From: Nemertoderma westbladi | Lineage: Eukaryota; Animalia; Xenacoelomorpha | DNA: 54,753 nucleotides | Direction of reading: 5' to 3' | Assembly (NCBI GenBank): GCA_032718475.1 | Contig: JAUCBJ010003755.1 | Location: 1-54,753, forward strand | Shown: positions 14,151 to 25,165 of the stretch, piece after piece | Layout: the number at the start of each line of letters is the position of its first letter | Position numbering within the stretch: the stretch's first letter is position 1 | Notes under the pieces: generated by a model | What the model was told of the DNA's origin: nothing | The model's database searches: none | The model's input: only the letters and a program-made list of their open reading frames with translations | Translations under genes and position numbers: made by a program

Positions 14151-14427
14151 CTATAAAGTACCGGTACAATACATAATAGTAACAACATGTTAGTTAGTCC
14201 TACGTGAGTAGTAGATGTTTGGTCCTCTCGGCGACAGTTGGACCACACTGACTGGCGCCAGACTGTCTGGGTGACACCCAATGTCACCCTATGGGTGTCA
14301 TTGGGTGTCATTGGCGCCAAACTGTCTGGGTGAACCTCCTAATTAGGCTAATTAGACCCTAATTGATAGGTGTCATCAATTAATTACTACAATTAAACCC
14401 TAATAGGTGTCTTATGACTCCTAATTA

Positions 14428-14711
14428 CTACTACTACTACTAGGATCGGCATGCTGCATTGCAGCTGCATTTTTAAGAATGCTGTGCCGGCTTATCGACA
14501 AAATTGTACCACCACAATAATCCATTACAACAACTATCACCCATGACATTTGCTAGATCATCCGCATCTTCAAGGCCAGTGTCCTTTAAGATGCGTCTCA
14601 AGAAAGTCATGGGCTGTCCACAATGCTTGCTTATTCACTCCATGAGGCTGCCAAAGTACAAGATTATGCACTGGCTGGTCCTCACGGCGAAAGCAATGTC
14701 CTGCAAAGCGG
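14428..14711 (-). mobile_element. 5'-truncated, decayed RTE-like non-LTR retrotransposon fragment with (TAG)n tail
   Basis: Minus strand reads RFAGHCFRREDQPVHNLVLWQPHG / GQPMTFLRRILKDTGL (frameshifted). (CTA)n at 14428-14442. 16-bp TSD TTATGACTCCT(A/T)ATTA at 14412-14427 and 14712-14727. Confidence 0.85.
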
Positions 14712-15172
14712 TTATGACTCCTTATTAGGGTTTAATTGATTATCCTAAATGATCAAACCGAGTACGCAATGGTGTCAGTGTTGTCCAACCATCGCCTAGA
14801 GGCCCAAAGGGTGTCATAAGTGACACCGCGGCTCTTTTATTTATTAATACTTATTTAATTGTATTTAATTTTAATTTATTTATTTGTATTTAATTTTAGA
14901 TTTACCAATAATTAGTTTTATATATTACTCTGTAAATGACCTCAATGACTTTCATCTCGCTATACTTAGCCCTAGGGTATACAGCTCCCTTACTGGTAAC
15001 TAATTACTCTTATCTATATCCAGACAGCTTTATCGTTGACCTATGACCCCCAATTAGCTTTAACCAAGCAACAGGTTATTAATAATAGTTGGATCCAAGC
15101 GCCCCCCCCCCCCTCGTGACACCTCTGATTACTAATTACTCTTACCTATATCCAGCCGTCTGCAGTTCCATA

Positions 15173-15806
15173 GTCTGCCGCTAGAGGGCGTATGATCTGA
15201 AAATTAACATCTTCTCTAACTTTGTTATTTTCATTCCGATTAGGTTTAAACTCGGTAGGCATCTACTACGGCATAGGCCATATCTTTTACGGAGTCGCAG
15301 AGTAGGCTGAAGTTCCCCAGTCTGCCGCTAGAGGGCGTATTATTTGAAAATTAACATCTTCTCTAGCTTTGTTATTTACAATCCGCAAAACCATGAAGCC
15401 ATATTGCTTAAGAGTTCTGAGGGGCGAGCCATGAGGCAAGATGTTTGAGACTTATTTAGATATATTATTACTTAATTTTGACCCCCCAATCGGCATCTAC
15501 TACGGCATAGGCTATATCTTTTACGGAGTCGCAGAGTAGGCTGAAGTTCCCCAGTCTGCCGCTAGAGGGCGTATTATTTGAAAATTAACATCTTCTCTAG
15601 CTTTGTTATTTACAATCCGCAAAACTATGAAGTTATATTGCTTAAGAGTTCTGAGGGGCGAGCCATGAGGCAAGATGTTTGAGACTTATTTAGATATATT
15701 ATTACTTAATTTTGACCCCCCAGTCGGTATTTATTACAATATAGGCTATATCTTTTGCGGAGTCACAGAGTAGTCTGAAGTTCCCCAGTCTGCAGCTAGA
15801 GGGCGA
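15173..15806. repeat. 234-bp tandem duplication (about 2.3 copies plus a partial upstream copy), probably TE-derived
   Basis: ATCTACTACG-like anchor at 15261, 15495 and 15729. GTCTGCCGCTAGAGGGCG occurs four times, one of them a variant. Confidence 0.85.
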
Positions 15807-15900
15807 AATGTCTCAACGTGAAAACCATACAGTAGCTATGAATTGGTTACTAGGTAATAATACTGCATTTTGTATAGTTAGGCATATTGCTGACCGAACG

Positions 15901-15980
15901 AAAACTGCCCTGGTTCATGCAGGGATCAAACCCATGACATACGGGAGATGTGAATTCAACGCAACCACTACACCAAGGTG
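15901..15980 (-). mobile_element. tRNA-derived SINE head or tRNA pseudogene (Pol III A/B boxes)
   Basis: On minus: A box TGGTGTAGTGG (15965-15975) and B-box-like GGTTTGATCCC (15922-15932) at tRNA-like spacing, followed by TTTT. No clean cloverleaf or anticodon. Confidence 0.5.
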
Positions 15981-16595
15981 GAACAGTAACGTTCAAATTC
16001 GTTCGTTGACGTTCGAATTTGTAAGACTCTGATTTAAGACCTGAGGCACTCCTAAAGTCTCGAGTTTAGGTCTGAGGCACAGACTATGCCTCACTGAGGC
16101 ACAGACTAAATAGCCGAGTTATATTGCATTACATAAACAATAAATTACAATATACGAGCACAAAAGAGTTTGCAAGCACAGGTTCAAATCCAACTAAAGC
16201 TCTATATATTTTGCATTGAAGTGGAATACTTTAGATGCTGGGGGAATCTGGTTTGCGAGATTTGAATGGTGAGTATAACTATCCTTGAGAGTTAGTGTGA
16301 CGTTATCTCACCGTGGATGGACTTTACCACTGTACTCACATCTGCTCTCTCATTGGCTGCCTAACTTTCACCCCTCGAGTCCTGATTGACTGCCTAACTC
16401 ACCCTCGCGCTCTGATTGGATAATCCATTTTTTTTATATATAATGCAGTTTTATACAATTATTAGCAAATTATATGGCAGATTGTAGTATTACATACATC
16501 CCGTCCTCATATAGACAAAAGACATGTACAGAAAAAAGAGAGAAATGAAAACGAATAAGTTGGTGCTCTCCAACAGTACCCATCAAGGGCACCCT

Positions 16596-17709
16596 CAACC
16601 TAAACACACGTTGGCAGCAGTACACACACAGCAGTACGTTGATCGCCAACCCTAAACACACAGCAGTACGTTGATCGCCAACCCTAAACACACGCAGTAC
16701 GTTGATCGCCAACCCTAAACACACGCAGTACGTTGATCGCCAACCCTAAACACAAAGCAGTACGTTGATCGCCAACCCTAAACACACAGCAGTACGTTGA
16801 TCGCCAACCCTAAACACACGCAGTACGTTGATCGCCAACCCTAAACACACGCAGTACGTTGATCGCCAACCCTAAACACACACAGTACGTTGATCGCCAA
16901 CCCTAAACACACGCAGTACGTTGATCGCCAACCCTAAACACACGCAGTACGTTGATCGCCAACCCTAAACACACGCAGTACGTTGATCACCAACCCTAAA
17001 CACACGCAGTACGTTGATCGCCAACCCTAAACACACGCAGTACGTTGATCGCCAACCCTAAACACACGCAGTACGTTGATCGCCAACCCTAAACACACGC
17101 AGTACGTTGATCGCCAACCCTAAACACACGCAGTACGTTGATCGCCAACCCTAAACACACGCAGTACGTTGATCGCCAACCCTAAACACACGCAGTACGT
17201 TGATAGCCAACCCTAAACACACGCAGTACGTTGATCGCCAACCCTAAACACACGCAGTACGTTAATCGCCAACCCTAAACACACGCAGTACGTTAATCGC
17301 CAACCCTAAACACATGCAGTACGTTGATCGCCAACCCTAAACACACGCAGTACGTTGATCGCCAACCCTAAACACACGCAGTACGTTGATCACCAACCCT
17401 AAACACACGCAGTACGTTGATCACCAACCCTAAACACACGCAGTACGTTGATCGCCAACCCTAAACACATGCAGTACGTTGATCGCCAACCCTAAACACA
17501 CGCAGTACGTTGATCGCCAACCCTAAACACACGCAGTACGTTGATCACCAACCCTAAACACACGCAGTACGTTGATCACCAACCCTAAACACACGCAGTA
17601 CGTTGATCGCCAACCCTAAACACACGCAGTACGTTGATCGCCAACCCTAAACACACGCAGTACGTTGATCGCCAACCCTAAACACACGCAGTACGTTGAT
17701 CGCCAACCC
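16596..17709. repeat. 31-bp satellite GCAGTACGTTGATCGCCAACCCTAAACACAC, left part (about 35 units)
   Basis: Direct periodicity. Interrupted by the LTR element and resumes in register at 35462. Confidence 0.99.
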
Positions 17710-19905
17710 TGTTACGATATATGGCGCTGTGTACCTATATTAGCCGTCTTACACTATAATTATTAGATAAGCCATAAAGACGCGCAATGATATTTAGATA
17801 AGGAAAGCAAAACGCCCATATTTTTGAATTTATCAATTTTATACAGTATGTAGTCCTACCTAGGTAATTTTGTAGTTAAACATGAGTAATAGTTCCACGG
17901 TAGCAAGTTTCCTATGAAACCCTTGATATAAGCTTGCTGTTATTAGCCTCAATAGGATTAACTGTGTATTGGTTTTAATTTTCTTTATATTTGCGCTAAA
18001 TTAGAGTTTTTATGTACCGCATTATTAGTACCGCTAAATTAAGCATCGCCAAAATTACCATATATGGTGACGATTTGTGATTCCAAGGAGCAATAGGTTC
18101 ACAATCCGGCTTCCTTATTGGCCTAACTGCTTCCAGGTTGGTCTAATGGTAGCGCGGATTGGGGAACCAATCAGAGAACTATTGCATCATCGTTCGTGAA
18201 TCACCTATAAATTGTCGGTATTTCCGGTATGTGCTATTGTAATTCAGGTAATTCCATTGCAATCTAGTGTGTAATTCTTTCTTAGTTTATCCACAATCTC
18301 AGTTTTTGTGTATTTCTGTATTTCCATTTGTTTTCTTGCAATAATTTGCAAATTTGTAATTTCTGCTGATTTCTTGCTGTGTCTCTCACTTCAATCCCAA
18401 TGATTACTGCTAATTACAATCGGAACTATGATTTATACCCTTTAATTAATGGTTCTATGTAATTCTTTTCGATGCGATAATCCCACGGGATTTCTTTATA
18501 CTATCAGACTGTATGATTGCATGCGCCGTTACGGTAGCTACCCATTAGATGGAGGGCTAAGGTATCGGTAGGCGCTGCGGGCGCATCGGGGGGTTAGCGA
18601 CGAAGGGAGTGCAGAGGATTCAAAGGACATCATGCTGGCGGGGGGTCACCGTTGCGGTCGGAAGGTTGGCAGTGTAGAGAGAAGACAGCTCGCTGGTACA
18701 GTAATTAAGGGGCTGATGATCCAGATTTTGTCTCTATTTTGTAGTGTTAGGGGGACAGGAATTGGGTTAGTTAGGAAGCCTACATGTACCCGGGAGAGGC
18801 TTTCATGCACTGCGAACTGTAGATTTCGAGTTATGAACCGTGAATTGTTGAATGCTGATTGTGAATTGTATATTAGGAACTATAAATTGGTAAGTATTAA
18901 TTATTGATTGTTACGCTGATTGGTGTGTTGTTAAAGTGTGCCTGATAAAATCATAAATACTTAGATAGGTGCCCTTTTTTCCCTGATTGATTTCCATTTC
19001 TTAGTTTATGATAATTAATTGCTGATTAGGTCAAAAATAATACAGTATTTAGGCTGTTACTAGTGTGACCCGTTGCGTAATAAATTAGAATTGCGCATTC
19101 TGGAATACTTAGTAATTAGTACGCTGTTACATATTCGTGACTGTAATTAATTAGTAAAATTAAGAATTTGTACGCAGCATAGCTGAGAGTAGTTAAGGTA
19201 ATAATTTGGAGTACTGTAAACTATTCACGCTGGGCGGTTATTTGAATTAGCGGTCAATAAGCTAGATAGCAGTATCCAGTACGCAGAACGCAGTAGTAAA
19301 TTGCTGGCCTAAAGCCAGCCGAAGGCAAGTTTAGACCCATAGTAGGTATCAGTCCCCAATAAAATTCTGCCCTATTTTTTAAATTATTTAAATATTCTCA
19401 CATTCACATATTCCGTTAGGGAACCCCAGTATTTGCGATTAGAGAAAACGCGTTTGTTAGCGCGTTTTAGCAGTAAGATTAGGCCATAAGAATACACTCT
19501 GCCTGTCAAGCCTCTCACACTCGTTTTAAGTAGCTTAGGGAGCCGATTCGGGTTTATTGTTTTGGTTATTCCCACGTGGCTCATATATTCGAACAGTTAG
19601 CTCTCTATCGAGCGATCGGTAGAGAAAGGAACAAGCGATTTGCAGGAGCCATAGAAAATTAGTAAAATATATTTGCGGACGCTATATTAGATATTATTAC
19701 AATAAATTAGCAGCGCCATCCAACGGTAAGTAGCGGTTTTGCATTTAGCAGTCCTACAGTAGTAATAGCACGCTCCTGATCACCCCTAGTTTAACAGTAA
19801 AGCAGTCTTTGTGTCCTTATCGGTTAGGCATGGGGTGGTCTGTTTAACAGTAAAGCACGTTTTGTGTGTCTTTAACAGTTAGTCAAGGTACCCGCTAGTT
19901 TAACA
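17710..19905 (+). repeat. 5' LTR (about 2.2 kb; end at 19905 or 19960)
   Basis: 17710-18350 and about 19625-19905 align with 34551-35461. TATA-like CCTATAAA at about 18205. U5 carries repeats of about 55 bp containing GTTTAACAGTAAAGCA. Confidence 0.9.
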
Positions 19906-20859
19906 GTAAAGCACGTTTGTGTGTCTTTAACAGTTAGTCAAGGTACCCGCTAGTTTAACAGTAAAGCACGAGTTTTGTTTTGCTGTAGGCCTACTGTGTA
20001 CAGTAAGACATACAGTGTATTCATTAGGCTGTTAGTTAGAGTACGGTATTCATTAGTCGCAATACAGTAGTACAGTAGTGCATTAGGCTGATTTGCTGTT
20101 ACTGCGTACGGTAGAAAAGATATTTGTTTTGCTGTACCACATACAGTATTCATTAGGCTGTTAGGTTGGTGTACTATTTTACTTACCGTAATGCGTACAG
20201 TGGATGTACGGTAGTGCGTTTATTAATCGCAAATACAGCAGTTCATTAGGCCGTTAGGGCGAATTGTAAATTAGTAAGTTTTTTGAAAATTTTAGCTAGG
20301 TTTGTGAGAATTCAGTTTCGGTCAAAATTATTTTATCATAAAATCTAGAGTTTTGTACCGGTATGTTAGATAACCGCTTAGTTGTTTTATACCATCTGGA
20401 GATACATGGCGAGACGGAGCTTCTGAGTTTGGGGTTTGTGTGGGTCTGCGGGTTCGGTTTGCAATCAGCGAAGAGCTTGAAACTTTGGACGCGGACTTGG
20501 AATCTCCCAGCAAACAAGATTAGTTGTTCTGTTAGCACCATTGTATTTGTGGAAGCAGTAAAAAATTACCGGTTGTTTAACTGCGAAGCTGAACTCAATT
20601 TATTAGTTAGGATAGTTAGGTTTAGCCGGCCATGGTTTTTTGAATCGCTCAAGTTAGAGAGAGAGAGAGAGTGTCGCAACCCGAAGGTGTAGCCACGCGC
20701 TAGTGGATACATATAATATTTGAAATTAAAATTACGTCGATTAGAGCTATATATAAAATTAGAAATATTTGGGTGGCAAGTTCATTTTTGAATATTTTGA
20801 ATTAGATTCAGAAATTATTTTGTGTCATACCGGTATTTAAATGCTATATAATAACTATA

Positions 20860-21505
20860 CTACTACTACTAGGTCGAGCGAACTCGGACAGTGGAAATGA
20901 GATCCTTCCAGGCTTCCCGATTCTCCATAGTTGTCGCAATTTCGTTTCTCCCAAGTTCAGTATCCCTTTCAAGTTGATCTATATATGTTATGGCAGGTCG
21001 TCCACGACTACGCTTTCCATGAGTTGGTTGCCAGAGAAGTAGATCTAGTATGACCTCGTCTTTACTTCGCCAGCAGTGCCCACTGAATCTTAATCTGCGT
21101 TCACGGAGGGTGGTTGATACAGGTGGTATTGTACCATAAAGCTCGGCGTTTGTCATGTGTTGTCTCCAGCTGATGTTTAGGGCTGCCCTTAGTAGTCTTG
21201 TGTAGCAACCATCAATTCGTTGTTCAAGTGATTTAGTCAGTGTCCAGGTCTCACCCCCGTATAAAAATACACTTTCCACTGTGGCTCGAAAGAACTTGGT
21301 CTTCAGGTGCCTGGAGAGATCTGATTTCCAGATGGTATCCATTTTTGACAGCGCTACCCAAGCCTTTGCTTTCCTAACTTCTATGTCCTTTTTGCTACTC
21401 TCTATCCATGATCCAAGGTACTGGAAGTCATCGACCTGCCTTAGTTGATTATTATCAATGGTTGTCAAGTTTCCATCAACATTAAAGGTCATGAATTCGG
21501 TCTTG
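20860..21505 (-). mobile_element. 5'-truncated RTE-clade LINE nested in the BEL leader (C-terminal RT region, ORF 20869-21492)
   Basis: Motifs KTEFM...FQYLGS...LYGGETWTL...RRLRFSGHCWR...GRP. The stop codon is the first unit of the (TAG)n tail. 12-bp TSD ATAATAACTATA at 20848-20859 and 21506-21517. Confidence 0.95.
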
Positions 21506-21718
21506 ATAATAACTATAGAATTAATATTTTGTTTAAATATTATACCGGTATTTACTATAACTATATCCTATTAAATTCCCAATATTATATTGTAAATTTA
21601 TTTGACATTTTGAGACCAACTAATTATTTGACAAATAATTTAACTGTATTTTCGATTAAATTATATATATCTCGAATTTTGCGAGATTTTAGCCGGAAGG
21701 CAAAATATTATTTAGACT

Positions 21719-24700
21719 ATGAGTGTCTCAGAGAAGGAGGCACTAGAGGACAGCTATGAGACGGCGGCTGGACCGCCAACCGACGATAGCATTAATATAA
21801 CTGTCGACGACAATGCCGACTATGACGACACAGCGAGCGACGCTGACGTAAGTGAACAGGAGGACGAGACAGTAATTAGTGAGGACGAGCAAGGACCTCA
21901 AGTAATAGTATTAGGATCCCCTACCGCTACTGTAAGGAAGGATTGTATAGCAGCCCGGCCAGAGGTGAGTGATAGGGAGAGTAGTATAGCAGAAGCAAGA
22001 GCCCGGAGCCTGGTTTCCAGACCTGTGGGTATGGTAAGTGCCGTGGTCCCAGCGGCTATAAGGAGTACCCGTAGTTCCCGAAATAATCCTTCAAGCCCAC
22101 CGAGTGTGAGTCAGGTAAGCGAGAGAGAATTAGACATCGCGATAAAGAAGAAACTTCGCGCGCATGCCGGACATATAACCCGGACGGCGGATAAGGTAAG
22201 AAAGATGCTAGCCGACTCTGGTAACATTGGAAGGGAAGGGTTAGTAGAGATTAGAAAGGGATACAACTCAGCGTTATTCAAACAGACAGAGGAGCTTGCA
22301 GTCCTAGCGAAGAGAGCAGTGGAGTCTCAGTCGAGCGACGTGGCGACGAGGGTTTACGACAGGGCTTTAGCAGCCTTGTTAGAGCACCGTACGTTATCGG
22401 AGCGATTTCGACGAGTTAGGACAGAGAACTGGTTGCTATGGGCATCACAAGCGCAGGCGACTCAGGTGAGTGACGCAGAGTCGAGAAACTTAGTGGAGCG
22501 GGAAGAAAACCAAGATAAAGAAGAGCGCCGGTATCAGAGGGAAGTTACTAGCTGGCTGATGCAGAGTGGAGTGGTGGTACCAGGCCAGGTGCTACCAACG
22601 ACGGACAACATCCAACAGAGAACGTTAATTCCACCCAACGACGCATTTAGAGACAGTGGCAATTCCCAGGTTAGTCACGCGCGAGGTAAAGTTATATGCG
22701 CTAGATCCCTCGTTTCTCACAACTCGGCGGAAGAGAGAAGACGCCGACTGGACGAACAACAGGCAGAAGTTTTGCGTGCATCGGAAGCACGAAAGGAAGC
22801 CGAACGAGAACAGGAGCGCACACGTAAGTTGGACGCAGAGCTATGAGAATTGGAGGATATAAGTAAGCGCGAACGAGCGGAATGTGAGCAAAGAGAATGC
22901 GAGCTTCAAGCTGAGCGCAAGCGCAAGGAACTCGAACATGAACAGAGAGAACGCGAACTTCAACTTGAACGCGAACAGAAGGAACTCGAGCATGAACAGA
23001 AGAAATGCAAGCTTCAACTCGAACGCGAACGCAAGGAACGCAAACTCGAGATCGAGAAAAGAAGATGCACATTGTATGAAGAGAAGGCGCGTGTGGAAGA
23101 AGAGAGTGCAGCACAACTCGCGAGGGAAGAAGAACAACCTAAACTGGCGCAGTTGGAAAGTGCGAGACTAAACTTAGAGAGCGAAGAACGGACCAGGAAG
23201 GCGAATGAAATCGCCGAGAAAGGGATGCAAATGATCGAAGAATGTGGGGCGAGTGTAGGTACTGAGTTGCGAGAACTGTTCGCACTGCAGAAGGGCGAAC
23301 AGGAGGCAACTCCGACTATACGCGAGTCGACGACGACCAGAATTCCTATACCCGGTCCAGCTATTACGAGTACTCGGATCGCTAAACCGTTCTCTACATA
23401 TCGCACGCCAGTTGGTATTAGTGCTTCACCCATCGTGCAGGATCTGCGCCACCAGGACACCGCACCACTACATACCAAACGAGAGAAAGAAGAGTTTAGA
23501 GGAGAAACTCCGATGGGCCGAGTATTGGGCGAACCGAACCCGTGGGTTTGGAATACGTGGACGGAGCGCTGACCCAGTTCAACGGAGAACTTCCGGGTTA
23601 AACTGGAAGAGGGATCATATGAGAGACAGCGGATTACTCAGATAGAGCCGACTATACAACAGAACCCTAGCCAGGAATTTATTACGAGGGATGAGTTAAG
23701 TGCTAGTTTAGCGCAAGCTATATCGCTGCACATCCAACCTATAACGGACATGCTTAGTAACCTACAGTTAAGGGAAGCAGCCCAGGTAAGAAGTAATTCA
23801 AATCCTAGCAGGCCTGAGTTTAGATGAAGTCCAACCTAGTCAACGAGTATGCATATCGGAGGCAACTATACCACATGGACCTCAGGTAAGAACGCCTGTC
23901 CCTACGATTTATAATCCCAATTTCGAGAATTCGGCGGAAAAGTTTATACAAGAAGCCTGGGTCAGGGCTTCAGCACGCAAACCAACGCGAGCGTTGAGGA
24001 CTGACACAGACTCAAGCGATGAAGAGGAAGACATGAGACGTCAGAAGTCCCAAACCCGAAGGAAAGAAGGACCGACGCGGAGCAGGTAAGTTTGAATCCC
24101 CGGGAAAGGACCAGACTTAATAACCCTGCAGAACTAAACCATTTGTTAACCCGGAACGACGCAACCCTTAGAGACATAGGTAAGTTTGCCGCTAGGCAAG
24201 GACTGCCGATGCAACAACCCCAGAAGTTTATGGGCAACCATAGACATTGGAGGACGTTCAAAACCTATGTCGACGAACAGCTGACCAACAGCACCTTTAC
24301 TCCCAATGAGAAGTTCAACTATCTGCTTCAGATGCTCCATCGAGACCCTAGAGCCATTGCTGACAACTTCGTCGGAAATGAAAGAGCATTTGAGTTAGCA
24401 ATGAAGACGCTTAGCGACATCTACGGGAATAAAACCAAGATGGCACAGTCGATAGTGGAAGACTTGGGTAAAGGCGGAAGGATTACAACTCCGTTAGAGC
24501 TGTTGAACTTGGCGAACGCTATTTCAAATGCATTAGACATCTTGAGGACGGTGAATCTACCTCATCATGGTGATCACGCCGGAGTTTTGAAGAGCATAAT
24601 AAGACGTTTAAACATGCGTTACAGACAGAAATGGTGCAAATTAGAGAATAAGTTGGAGGGTCAAGGTAAGGTGTTGACACTTCAACACATCCATGACATG

Positions 24701-25165
24701 ATAGCCACAGATGCGGTAGCAGAGATGAAATCAAACTTCTCAGAGGAGAATATGAGGGAGTCTAAACCTGTTACCGGTAAGTCAATGGTAAGTTTTGACG
24801 ATGACAGGACCACTGTGACTTTTAACTCAGTAGACAGATATAATTCGAGTACCCCTGCCTTTAGATCAGACTCGCAAGTATGGTCAGGTGAGCAGTCAGA
24901 TAGACCTAAGTTAAAGCAACAGGAGTTACCAGTTGGATTTGTAGGTTGCCAATTCTGTTTACTAAAGGAGGTAAGATCTGACAACCATAAGTTAGACAGT
25001 TGCAGATGGTTCAAAGAATTAACTTCGGAACAGAGAAGAGTTCAAGTGCGGATGTTGGACACCTGTTGGGCATGTCTTGCGCCAGGCCATGTACGGTGGC
25101 AGTGCCTGAACAGTAAGGACAGATGCATGGAATGCGGCAGATTACATCACAAGTTGCTACACTAG
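21719..25165 (+). pseudogene. gag: BEL/Pao gag (acidic N-terminus, long E/R/K coiled coil, DUF1759-like region, triple Cys/His knuckle), interrupted
   Basis: ORF pieces 21719-22846, 22850-23572 and 24092-25165. Motifs F.G....W..F, EKFNYL, CQFC...H....C, CWACLAPGHVRWQC and CMECGRLHHKLLH. Confidence 0.92.

Noticed and set aside
15901-15980. Functional tRNA gene
   Set aside because: A and B boxes are present, but the acceptor and anticodon stems do not pair convincingly.
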